This document shows, in pieces, positions 20,517 to 29,222 of a DNA stretch of 64,000 nt (the first letter of the stretch is position 1; every line of letters begins with the position of its first letter). The notes below the pieces were generated by a model. That model was not told the DNA's origin. It worked only from the letters and a program-made list of their open reading frames with translations, and ran no database searches. Both the position numbers and the translations under genes were made by a program. The DNA is from Vulcanimicrobiota bacterium (GTDB lineage Bacteria > Vulcanimicrobiota > Vulcanimicrobiia > Vulcanimicrobiales > Vulcanimicrobiaceae): positions 1 to 64,000 of the forward strand of contig CAWAXX010000025.1 of NCBI GenBank assembly GCA_963786105.1. Reading direction: 5' to 3'.

Positions 20517-21237
20517 CTACGTAAGTTCCGCAGTCATCCTGCTACGAAGCATGGCGCGTACTGAACTCGCATACCAGGCCTTTCCGCGGTGCGGCCTGAC
20601 GCCGCGGTCCGTGAGAAACCGAGCGATCTCGCGGAACGAACCGCCAGTAGTATCCAGGCGCATCGCTTCTCGGAGGGCTTCTTGTTCAAGTGGATCCGGA
20701 AGAAGGGCGTCGCCCTCGCGGCGATACCCAAAAGGCGTGGGCGCGTACGCGCGTCCGGAGTGGCGCTTGTGGGCCAATGCGGCCGATGTGCGCTCGGCGA
20801 TAGCCTCACGCTCCCATTGGCCGACTACTCCGAGCATGTTGACGACCATGCGGCCCGCGGCCGATGAGGTGTCTAGGGTTTCACCGACTGATACCAGTGC
20901 GACGTCGTGCTTCGCGCATAGGTCGATGAGGTTCGACAGGTCGCGGATTGAGCGCGTCAGCCGGTCGAGTTTAGCGACGACGACCCGATCGATGCCTCCG
21001 GCTTGCACATACGCGACGATAGAGCTCATTCCGGGGCGTTTAAGGCTCTTGGCGCTCTCGCCGGCGTCGCGGACAACTTCTGATACGTTCCAATCCATCG
21101 CGGCGCAATAGGCGTCAATTCGCCAACTGCGCCTCGAGGGAGACCCCCTTCTCAGCTTGGCTATCGGTCGAAACGCGGACGTAGGCAATGGTCCGGCGGT
21201 TAGCCGGGGCGGCTTGACGGATACGGCGTCCTCTCAT
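20517..21237 (-). CDS. Serine recombinase (~240 aa: resolvase catalytic domain + recombinase DNA-binding domain), one frameshift near 21122
   Basis: SD ggagaa and ATG at 21237: MRGRR...IAYVRVSTDSQAEKGVSLEAQ, then DAGESAKSLKRPG, VVAKLDRLTRS, DTSSAAGR, EREAIAERT, PFGY. Confidence 0.92.
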
Positions 21238-21246
21238 CGGTTCTCC

Positions 21247-21272
21247 TGTACAGTACCGTTCGGTACTGTACA
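21247..21272. promoter_or_regulatory. Perfect palindrome (12-bp arms, TT centre), candidate recombinase binding/crossover site or operator
   Basis: tgtacagtaccg-tt-cggtactgtaca, between a TATGAT -10-like hexamer (minus strand, 21284-21289) and the recombinase RBS. Confidence 0.7.
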
Positions 21273-21297
21273 ACTCCCATGCTATCATAAGCCAAAT

Positions 21298-21681
21298 CTA
21301 CCCATTGAAGGAGAGGTGCGGATCGCCTTCGCTCGCGCCGTTCGCGTTCTGAAAGTAGCGCTCGTTTCCGTACGGCGGACAGTTGCCGGCGCCGTTTGAG
21401 TATGGGTAGCAGTTGCCGTCGCTTCCGTACGAACCGCCCATCATGTACTGGAGCATCTGCAGAAGTTGCTGCAGCAGCCCCGGAAGCGGCCCGAACATCG
21501 CGGTTTGCGCGGGGTTTGACGTTGCACCGGTGAGCCACGGCGCTGCGATGCGCGAAATGGCGTCGCCGGTGACGCTCCCCGGAGCGATCGCCGGCGAGAG
21601 CGCGCCTGCGCCTTCGCCGATGCTGGTAAAAGGCGAGAGTGAAGCCGGGCCGAGCGGCCCTTCGAGCGGCTGGATGGACAT
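21298..21681 (-). CDS. Host-type hypothetical protein, probably 3' truncated at the island border
   Basis: Good SD (ggagg); ends abruptly at GASEGDPHLSFNG*, where GDPH normally opens a domain. Confidence 0.55.
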   Translation of the reverse strand: MSIQPLEGPLGPASLSPFTSIGEGAGALSPAIAPGSVTGDAISRIAAPWLTGATSNPAQTAMFGPLPGLLQQLLQMLQYMMGGSYGSDGNCYPYSNGAGNCPPYGNERYFQNANGASEGDPHLSFNG

Positions 21682-21776
21682 CGATCAACCTCCGTCGTAG
21701 TAGTTGAACGCCGTTCACGACCGGCGCGTCCGGCGACAAGGGAGCAGCGGCGGATTGTCAGAAGCGCGTTGCCGCG

Positions 21777-22876
21777 ATGAGCGACACGCAGGTAACGACG
21801 ATCGCGCGCCTTGACGAGCGTCTAGAAACGCTCAAGGAGCGTCTTTGACTACGCCGGAAAGAGCCGCCGCGTAATCGAGTTGGAGGAGCGTTCTCGAGCC
21901 GAGGGTTTCTGGAGCGATCCCGACGCCGCCCAGCGCGTCATGAAAGAACTGGCGGATCTGCAAGCCGAGACCGCCGCGGTCTCGAGCGTCGCGCGTTCGC
22001 TGCAGGACGCACGCGAAATGCTGGAAGTCTTCGGCGACGATCCGGCCGCGCAACCGGAAGCCGATGCGAGCATCGGTGCCGCTGCGTCCGCCGATCGATC
22101 AGCTCGAAATGGCGGCCAACTTCAATGGAGAGTTCGACGGCCATGGCGCGATCGTCAGCATCTTTGCCGGGGCGGGCGGCGTGGACGCCGCGGATTGGAC
22201 GCAGATGCTGGCGCGCATGTACTTACGCTGGGCCGAATCGAAACGCTTCTCGACGCACGTCGTCGACGAGTCGCCGGCGGAAGAAGCCGGGCTGAAGTCG
22301 ATCACGTTTTTCGTGCGCGGCCGTAATGCCTACGGAATGCTGCAAAGCGAACGCGGAGTGCACCGTTTGGTGCGCTTGTCGCCGTTCGACGCAGCGCATC
22401 GGCGGCATACCTCGTTTGCCGCAGTCGACGTGATTCCGGAGATCGAGGCCGGCGACGAGCTCGACGTCGAGGTCAAACCCGACGACCTGCGCGTCGAAAC
22501 GTTCAAGTCGGGCGGCGCCGGCGGCCAGTACGTCAACAAGACCGAGTCTGCAGTCCGCCTAATCCACATTCCCACCGGCATCGTGGTGGCGTCGCAGCAA
22601 GAGCGGTCGCAGGCGCAAAACCGCGACGTCGCCCTCAACATTCTGCGCGCGAAGCTCGTCGTGCGCGCTGCCGAAGAACGCGATCGGCGTCTCGAAGACC
22701 TGCGCGGCGAGCGCCAGGCAAACGAATGGGGCTCGCAGATTCGTTCGTATGTGTTGCAGCCCTACCAAATGGTAAAAGACCACCGCACCGACGTTTCCGT
22801 CGGAAACGCGCAAGGCGTACTCGACGGGGACGTCGACGTTTTCATCTGGCCGTACCTCCAACAAACTCGCCGATGA
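21777..22876 (+). CDS. prfB: Peptide chain release factor 2 with programmed +1 frameshift (second shift near 22090 is a likely error)
   Basis: MSDTQ...KERL then CTT TGA C at 21843-21849 with aaggag upstream; SPF and GGQ motifs. Confidence 0.97.
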
Positions 22877-24216
22877 AAGATCGCGTGCTGTGGTGGGGGT
22901 GTGCCGCCTATGCGGCGCTCTTTACATTCCTCGGTGCCGTCAAGTACGCAGTCCACCGGAACTTGGTCGACTTCGGCATCTTTCAACAGACCGCTGCCAG
23001 CGCGTTCGGCTGTTTCTGCAATCCGCTCGAAGGTAGTCATTGGGCTTTTCATTTCTCGCCTATTCTCTACGCCTGGGGCCTTGCGATCGCACTTTTTCCG
23101 TCGCCGGTAACGCTGATCGCCCTACAGGCGATCGCAGGAGCGTTGTGCGCGCCTCCGGTGTATGCAATCGTTCGCGCGCGGAGCGATCCTTCGGTCGCAC
23201 GGCTGGCGGCGCTGGTCGTATGGCTCTATCCACCGCTGGCAGGGTTGATCTTCGGCGACGCTCACGAGAACGGCTTTGCACCCGCCGCCGTTGCCTGGAC
23301 GCTCTATGCGTTCGATGCCGGACGGTTAGGCTGGGCCGGACTTTTCGCCGTACTGACGTTAGCCGTCAAAGAGGATCAGGCGGCGTTCATGGCCTTTGCG
23401 GGCATCTGCGGGGCCGTAGCCTATCGCCACGATCGCGCGCGTCTTCGTTTGGCGCTCGGCGTTGCCATAGTTTCGGCGGCCGTCGCGCTGACGTTCTTCC
23501 TCGTGATTCAACCGCACGCCAACGGCAATCCGGCGTGGCAGCCGGTACGCTTTTACTCGTGGACGCCGGCCGATTGGCGTTACCTCATCCCGCGCGGAGC
23601 GTTGGATCGCATGGGATTCTTGCTGCTGGCGTTCGCGCCGTTGGCGTTCGTGCCGCTACGGTCGCGCGTCGTGATTCTGGCCCTTCCCGCACTCGTCGAG
23701 GTCTTAGCGTCGCGCATGAGCACGACGTTCACGCTCGGCACGCATTATGCGGGCGCCTGGATCGGCTACGTCTTGGTGGCGTTTGCCGCCGGGATTTCCG
23801 ATCTCGCGCAACGCGGTCGCGCGCGCCGGGCTCTATATTGGGCGCTGGCGGTGTGCGTCGTGGAGTTACTGGTGGCTAACCCGCTCCATCCAGGATTGAA
23901 TCTTCGAACGGTGCAACCACGCGACCGCGCTCTCGACGCCGCCTTGCGCGCGCTTCCCCGCGACGCGAGCGTTGCCACCCAAGAGGAAGCCTATACGCAC
24001 CTCGGGTTGGACGACCCGTTCGCACGTTTGTTGCCGGAGGATCCGACCGTCGAAACGCAGGCTTGCCTCGTGTTGATCGATCGCGCGTATCCGGAGTCCC
24101 CGCGACTGCAAGAATACGCCGGCGCGCTGACCGACTTAGTCGCGTCGGGACGCTACGTTCCGGTTTTGCGAGCCGGCGGCATCGAAGTGTATCGGCGCGT
24201 CACTCCCTGCCGTTAG
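22873..24216 (+). CDS. DUF2079-family membrane protein (GT-C-like)
   Basis: DFGIFQQ, HFSPIL, HENGF, VKED and HY motifs; many TM segments. Confidence 0.8.
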   Translation: MKDRVLWWGCAAYAALFTFLGAVKYAVHRNLVDFGIFQQTAASAFGCFCNPLEGSHWAFHFSPILYAWGLAIALFPSPVTLIALQAIAGALCAPPVYAIVRARSDPSVARLAALVVWLYPPLAGLIFGDAHENGFAPAAVAWTLYAFDAGRLGWAGLFAVLTLAVKEDQAAFMAFAGICGAVAYRHDRARLRLALGVAIVSAAVALTFFLVIQPHANGNPAWQPVRFYSWTPADWRYLIPRGALDRMGFLLLAFAPLAFVPLRSRVVILALPALVEVLASRMSTTFTLGTHYAGAWIGYVLVAFAAGISDLAQRGRARRALYWALAVCVVELLVANPLHPGLNLRTVQPRDRALDAALRALPRDASVATQEEAYTHLGLDDPFARLLPEDPTVETQACLVLIDRAYPESPRLQEYAGALTDLVASGRYVPVLRAGGIEVYRRVTPCR

Positions 24217-24229
24217 TGATGCGGGCACT

Positions 24230-25201
24230 TCACAACAGTTGCGCCAGCGCGTCCGCCGCGCGTGCCGGCCAGCCGTCGTCGGCGCGGACGATCCGATGCG
24301 GTGCCGCCCACGGCGACCAACGGGCAACCTGCAGCGCAAAATGGCGCGTGGGCGGAAAAACTCCGACGACCGGCGTGCCCACCATCCCGGCAACGTGCAA
24401 CGCGCCGCAGTCGGGCGTGACTAGCACCGGCGCGGCGCCAATGGCGCATTTCCAGGGTTCCATGGTATAGAAGCGCTCAACGTCGTGGCCGGACGCCGAT
24501 GCTACGCGTGCGGCGTAGTCGCTTTCCGATGCGGGCGCCAAGACGCGCAGCTTTCCGAACGCGCTTAGGCGCCGCACCAGGTCGACGACTTCCTCGGTCG
24601 GGATTCCGAGGCGCTCCCATTTGTTGGTGATTTGCACGGCGATGCGATCGTCTGCCGGAGGGTCGGTTTCCAGGACCAGCGGCCGGAGCTCGGCCGGGTC
24701 GCGCGCCGGATTGGCCGTCGCGCCTAGCAGGGCGTGGCCCAGGCGGAAGAGGACGACGCACTCGTGAGGCGCGCGGCGGTCGAGACCGGCGCTGCGATAC
24801 ACGCTGCCGGTAAGGAAACGCCGCGACCATAAAGTCTTCGCCGGTTTACCCCATGCGTTCGAAAAGCCGACGCGGACCGGCACCCGCGCGGCCAACGCAA
24901 GACGATATCCGCTCGGATCTTCGGTCGCGACCAGCGCGTGCGTATAACCGCGCGATGCGAGATCTCCCCCGAGGCGTTCGATGGCCGCGAGATTCGGCGG
25001 CTTGCTCGATCGCAGATCGAAGCTGCTCACGACGATCGAGCGCGCGGCGCGCGAAGAAAAAATGCCGGCATTGCCCGGCCGTAATACGATGTCGGCGGGA
25101 ATCGCGAGCGAACGCAGCGCCGCAAGCAACGGCGTCAGTGCGAGCGCGTCGCCGATCGCATCGAGGCGGATGATGAGCGCCGATGGTGAACTCTCCGGCA
25201 T
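24230..25201 (-). CDS. Glycosyltransferase family 9 (heptosyltransferase-like)
   Basis: IIRLDAIGDALALTP; VTPDCGALHVAGMVGTPVVGVF. Confidence 0.9.
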   Translation of the reverse strand: MPESSPSALIIRLDAIGDALALTPLLAALRSLAIPADIVLRPGNAGIFSSRAARSIVVSSFDLRSSKPPNLAAIERLGGDLASRGYTHALVATEDPSGYRLALAARVPVRVGFSNAWGKPAKTLWSRRFLTGSVYRSAGLDRRAPHECVVLFRLGHALLGATANPARDPAELRPLVLETDPPADDRIAVQITNKWERLGIPTEEVVDLVRRLSAFGKLRVLAPASESDYAARVASASGHDVERFYTMEPWKCAIGAAPVLVTPDCGALHVAGMVGTPVVGVFPPTRHFALQVARWSPWAAPHRIVRADDGWPARAADALAQLL

Positions 25202-25246
25202 GTCTCCCCTCTCCGACCGCCGGCGCGCATCGGCCTGCTGCCGACA

Positions 25247-25603
25247 ATGATCGCCCGCGACGACGTCGTCACGTTTCAGGAAGTCGACGGCTACCGTACC
25301 GTGCGCGCTTTTGGCTACGTTTCGGGCGTAGCTTCGCGGCCGCGCAATCGTTTGCGGTCGACCTTTCGCAGCCTCGGAATGCTGATCGGTCTAGCTGCCG
25401 GGGAGTTTCTAGGCGACGCGGAACAGCTGCGTAGCGAAGCGCTCGACGCGCTACGCTGTCGTGCCGACGCGATGGGCGCGAACGCGGTCGTCGGTCTACA
25501 GTTTTACGTGTCGGAAGGCACTGACGGTTCGTGCAAGGTCGTCGCCTTCGGTCAAGCGGTGCTGGTCGACAAACGCGTTGAAGGCGATCGCTCTGAGCCT
25601 TGA
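25247..25603 (+). CDS. YbjQ/UPF0145 family protein
   Basis: ADAMGANAVVGL...VAFGQAV. Confidence 0.85.
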   Translation: MIARDDVVTFQEVDGYRTVRAFGYVSGVASRPRNRLRSTFRSLGMLIGLAAGEFLGDAEQLRSEALDALRCRADAMGANAVVGLQFYVSEGTDGSCKVVAFGQAVLVDKRVEGDRSEP

Positions 25604-26309
25604 GGAGCGTGCGCGGCGCGAGCGCCTGCTCGCGCAGGCAGCCGCCGCCGCCAACGCCTGCCGTAAGTGCGCGATTGGTTACGAACGTCGCCACAACGTG
25701 TACGGTGAGGGCGATCCGCTCGCGGCACTCATGGTGATTGGTGAGGGACCGGGTGAGACCGAAGACATGCTGGGACGGCCCTTCGTCGGTCGTGCGGGAC
25801 AGTTGCTCGAGCGAATGATCGCGGCGATTGGATTGGCCCGCGAGGACGTGTATATTTGCAACACGGTTAAGTGCCGTCCGACGTCGCCCGGCCCAAACGG
25901 TCCGCGTAATCGGGCGCCCGAGCCGGACGAGATGGCCAACTGCCGCCAGTTCCTCGACGAACAGATCGACATCGTCGCGCCCGACGTGATCCTCGCGCTC
26001 GGAGCGCCGGCGGCAAAATCGTTTCTCGGTCGCGATTTTCAGATTACGAAGATGCGCGGCCGGTGGTATGCGGGACCGAACGGCGTGCCCCTGATGGCGT
26101 CGTTCCATCCGGCCTACATTTTGCGGCAAACCGGCGGCGAAATCGAGGCGGTCAAGCGGCTCGTGTGGACCGATCTCAAGGCCATTCGTACCAAGCTCGA
26201 CGAACTCGCCGCGTTTCGCGCCGCGCCACCCCCGGAAGCCCCGCCCGAATCGTCGCCCGAGCCGCAACAGGCCGGCTTGTTTGGCGACGCGCACGGTGTG
26301 CTAGAATAG
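25578..26309 (+). CDS. Uracil-DNA glycosylase family 4 (Fe-S); start approximate
   Basis: CRKC, IGEGPGETED, PFVGRAG, NTVKCRP, FHPAYIL. Confidence 0.93.
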   Translation: MKAIALSLEERARRERLLAQAAAAANACRKCAIGYERRHNVYGEGDPLAALMVIGEGPGETEDMLGRPFVGRAGQLLERMIAAIGLAREDVYICNTVKCRPTSPGPNGPRNRAPEPDEMANCRQFLDEQIDIVAPDVILALGAPAAKSFLGRDFQITKMRGRWYAGPNGVPLMASFHPAYILRQTGGEIEAVKRLVWTDLKAIRTKLDELAAFRAAPPPEAPPESSPEPQQAGLFGDAHGVLE

Positions 26310-26314
26310 GCGCC

Positions 26315-27415
26315 GTGACTCGCGATCCTATGGCCGTGTGGCTTACGCACTTCAGCTCGCGGGCCGGGTTTCCCGGCGTCGACGAGTTGGCACGCGAATA
26401 CGACGTGAAGCCTTACCGCCTCCGTCAGATCTACCGGGCGGCTGCCAAAGAGCTGCTGGCGGGCGTTGAGGCGGTGACCACGTTGCCGAAGGAATTGCGT
26501 ACGGCGCTCGCCGCTCGCGGGGTGGAGTTTTCGACTATCCACGCGGTGACCGTCCAACGTTCGAGCGACGGGCAAACGACCAAAGGCCTCTTTCGGCTTC
26601 ACGACGGCAGTCAAGTCGAGGCCGTTCTGATGGAACATAGCGGCGAGCGCACGACCGTCTGCATCTCGTCGCAAGCAGGATGCGCTTTTGCCTGTGCGTT
26701 CTGTTCGACCGGTCAGGCCGGGTTTACGCGCAACTTGGATGCCGTCGAAATCTTCGATCAGGCGTCGTATTTCGCGCGGGAGCTGGCGAGCCGCGGCAAA
26801 CGGATCACCAACGTGGTCTTCATGGGGATGGGCGAGCCCTTTCACAACTACGAGAACGTCATGAACGCGGTGGCGTTACTCAACGATCCGCTCGGGTTCG
26901 GCTTAGGTCATCGGCACATCACGATTTCTACCGTCGGCCTGGTCGACAAGATCGAGCGCTTTACCGACGAGCACTTACAGGTCAACCTGGCGATCTCGCT
27001 CCACGCGCCGAGCGACGAGCTGCGCTCGCAGTTCATGCCGGTCAATCGTAAGTTTGGCATCGATGCATTGATGGCCGCTTGCCAACGGTACGTTGAAAAG
27101 ACTCGCCGGAAAGTGTTTTTCGAATACGTGATGCTCGAAGGCGTGAACGACGACGCGGCTTGCGCGCGGCAACTAGCGCAACTCATGCGCGGGCACTTGT
27201 ATCACGTCAACCTCATTCCGTACAATGCGACGCCGGACGCACCATTCGGCGGAACGCCCGACGCGCGCATTTGGGATTTCGCGAGAATCCTGGAGGCTGC
27301 CCGGGTCCCCACCACCGTTCGGCGCAACATGGGCCGCGACATCGCCGCAGCGTGCGGCCAGCTGCGCGCGCAGACGCAGCCACGCGCGCACGCCGCGGTC
27401 GCGACCGGCGCGTAA
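26315..27415 (+). CDS. rlmN: 23S rRNA/tRNA m2A radical-SAM methyltransferase
   Basis: CISSQAGCAFACAFC, MGMGEP, ISLHA, DIAAACGQL. Confidence 0.95.
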   Translation: MTRDPMAVWLTHFSSRAGFPGVDELAREYDVKPYRLRQIYRAAAKELLAGVEAVTTLPKELRTALAARGVEFSTIHAVTVQRSSDGQTTKGLFRLHDGSQVEAVLMEHSGERTTVCISSQAGCAFACAFCSTGQAGFTRNLDAVEIFDQASYFARELASRGKRITNVVFMGMGEPFHNYENVMNAVALLNDPLGFGLGHRHITISTVGLVDKIERFTDEHLQVNLAISLHAPSDELRSQFMPVNRKFGIDALMAACQRYVEKTRRKVFFEYVMLEGVNDDAACARQLAQLMRGHLYHVNLIPYNATPDAPFGGTPDARIWDFARILEAARVPTTVRRNMGRDIAAACGQLRAQTQPRAHAAVATGA

Positions 27416-27421
27416 TCCCGT

Positions 27422-27811
27422 ATGGCATCGTGGCGCGACGTGCGACGTATCGCCTTGGCTTTGCCCGGTACGAGCGAAGAAGCGACGTCGAGCGGGAACG
27501 CTGCGTGGATCGTCAACAAGAAATTCTTTACTTGGGAACGCCCGTTGCGGCGTTCCGACCTTGCAGCTCTGGGCGACGCCGCGCCGGCCGGCCCCATCTT
27601 GGGCGTCCGCACCCCCGATCTCGAAATGAAGGAAGTGCTGCTGGCGCGCGATTCCTCCGTGTACTTTACGACTCCGCATTTCGACGGTTACCCCGCGGTG
27701 CTCGTGCGACTCGGCAAGATTAGCGTCAAGGAGCTCAAGGACTTGATCGTCGAGGCGTGGCTCGCGCGTGCGACCAAACGCGCGGTGACCGCGTTTCTGA
27801 AAGAGACCTGA
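27422..27811 (+). CDS. MmcQ/YjbR-family protein
   Basis: VRRIALALPG; FTTPHFDGYPAVLVRL. Confidence 0.85.
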   Translation: MASWRDVRRIALALPGTSEEATSSGNAAWIVNKKFFTWERPLRRSDLAALGDAAPAGPILGVRTPDLEMKEVLLARDSSVYFTTPHFDGYPAVLVRLGKISVKELKDLIVEAWLARATKRAVTAFLKET

Positions 27812-27877
27812 CGCCGCCGCCGGCGCAATCGCCCTAAGGCGGGTATCCGGCGTACCGGTGAGAAACCACCGGCCGAT

Positions 27878-29218
27878 ATGGACACGGCGGCCTCGGAGCG
27901 GCGCGCGACGATGGAAGAGATTACGGCACTTGCAAAGCGCCGCGGCTTCATCTTTCAGTCGAGCGAGATCTACGGCGGAATCAACGGTTTCTGGGATTAC
28001 GGCCCGCTCGGGGCGGTGCTCAAGCGCAACGTCAAGGATGCGTGGTGGCGCGATACGGTCGAGCTTCGCGACGACGTCGTCGCTTTCGATTCCGCGATCG
28101 TCATGCATCCGCTGGTCTGGAAGGCTTCGGGGCACGTTGATGCTTTCCACGACGTGTTCGTCGATTGCAAGGTTTGCAAACATCGCTTCCGATTCGACCA
28201 TTTGAAAGACCCGTCGCAGTGCCCGGATTGCGGAAGTAAAAACTCGTTTACCGAGCCGCGCTCGTTCAACCTAATGATGAAGACGTTCGTCGGACCGATG
28301 GACGACACGACGTCGGCGGCGTATTTACGGCCGGAGACCGCTCAGGGCATCTTCGTTAACTTCAAGAACGTCTATCAAACGGGCCGCCGGCGTCCGCCGT
28401 TCGGAATCGCTCAAATCGGGAAATCGTTTCGCAACGAAATCACGCCGGGGAATTTCACGTTTCGCGTTCGCGAATTCGAGCAAGCCGAACTCGAGTATTT
28501 CGTACCCGACGACGGCAAAGACATGGAAATCTTTCACGAGTGGGTCGAGCGCCGTAAGGCGTGGTACGCGAGCTACGGTATCGCGTCCGAGAGACTGCGC
28601 TTCTGCGAGATTGCCGAGGCGGAGCGCCCTCACTACGCGAAGGCCGGGGTGGACGTCGAATATCTATTTCCGTGGGGCTGGGGCGAACTCGAATCGATCG
28701 CCCACCGCGGAACCTACGATCTCGATGCCCACATGAAACTCTCGGGCAAGGATTTACAGTTTTTCGACGAGGCAAGTAAGACGCACTACACTCCGCTGCT
28801 GATCGAGAGCTCGGCCGGTATGGATCGCACGGCTTTGACCTTCCTTATCGACGCATACGAGCGCGAAACGTCCGTCGATCCTAACGGCAAGGAGACAGAG
28901 CGCACCGTTCTGCGGTTCCATCCGAAAATCGCACCGGTGCAGGTTGCCGTTTTTTCACTCGCGCGAAACAAGCCGGAGTTGGTCGAGCGCGCCCGCAGCG
29001 TCGAAGCATGCCTGCGTCCGATCTGGCGCACCCAGTACGACGAAGGCAATATCGGTCAGCTGTATCGCCGCCAGGACGAGATCGGCACGCCATTCTGCGT
29101 AACGATCGATTACGAAACGTTGGCCGACGGCAGCGTAACCGTTCGGTCGCGAGATTCCATGTTGCAGGATCGCGTGCCGGCCGAACGCCTGGAAACGCAT
29201 TTGAGGGAGCGCCTATAA
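27878..29218 (+). CDS. glyQS: Glycine--tRNA ligase, alpha2 type
   Basis: KRRGFIFQSSEIYGG, YLRPETAQGIF, FRNEITPGNF, YRRQDEIGTPF. Confidence 0.96.
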   Translation: MDTAASERRATMEEITALAKRRGFIFQSSEIYGGINGFWDYGPLGAVLKRNVKDAWWRDTVELRDDVVAFDSAIVMHPLVWKASGHVDAFHDVFVDCKVCKHRFRFDHLKDPSQCPDCGSKNSFTEPRSFNLMMKTFVGPMDDTTSAAYLRPETAQGIFVNFKNVYQTGRRRPPFGIAQIGKSFRNEITPGNFTFRVREFEQAELEYFVPDDGKDMEIFHEWVERRKAWYASYGIASERLRFCEIAEAERPHYAKAGVDVEYLFPWGWGELESIAHRGTYDLDAHMKLSGKDLQFFDEASKTHYTPLLIESSAGMDRTALTFLIDAYERETSVDPNGKETERTVLRFHPKIAPVQVAVFSLARNKPELVERARSVEACLRPIWRTQYDEGNIGQLYRRQDEIGTPFCVTIDYETLADGSVTVRSRDSMLQDRVPAERLETHLRERL

Positions 29219-29222
29219 CGCC

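Larger units (their letters stand above)
7891..21300. mobile_element. Accessory island: repeat-punctuated cargo array ending in a serine recombinase (left end not visible)
   Basis: Ten repeat-A copies, four HTH-gene 3' remnants, a duplicated recombinase end, mostly more AT-rich cargo, and housekeeping genes resuming after 21300. Confidence 0.8.

Noticed and set aside
7891..21300. Intact casposon or prophage
   Set aside because: No PolB, terminal inverted repeats, complete cas1 or virion genes recognised.
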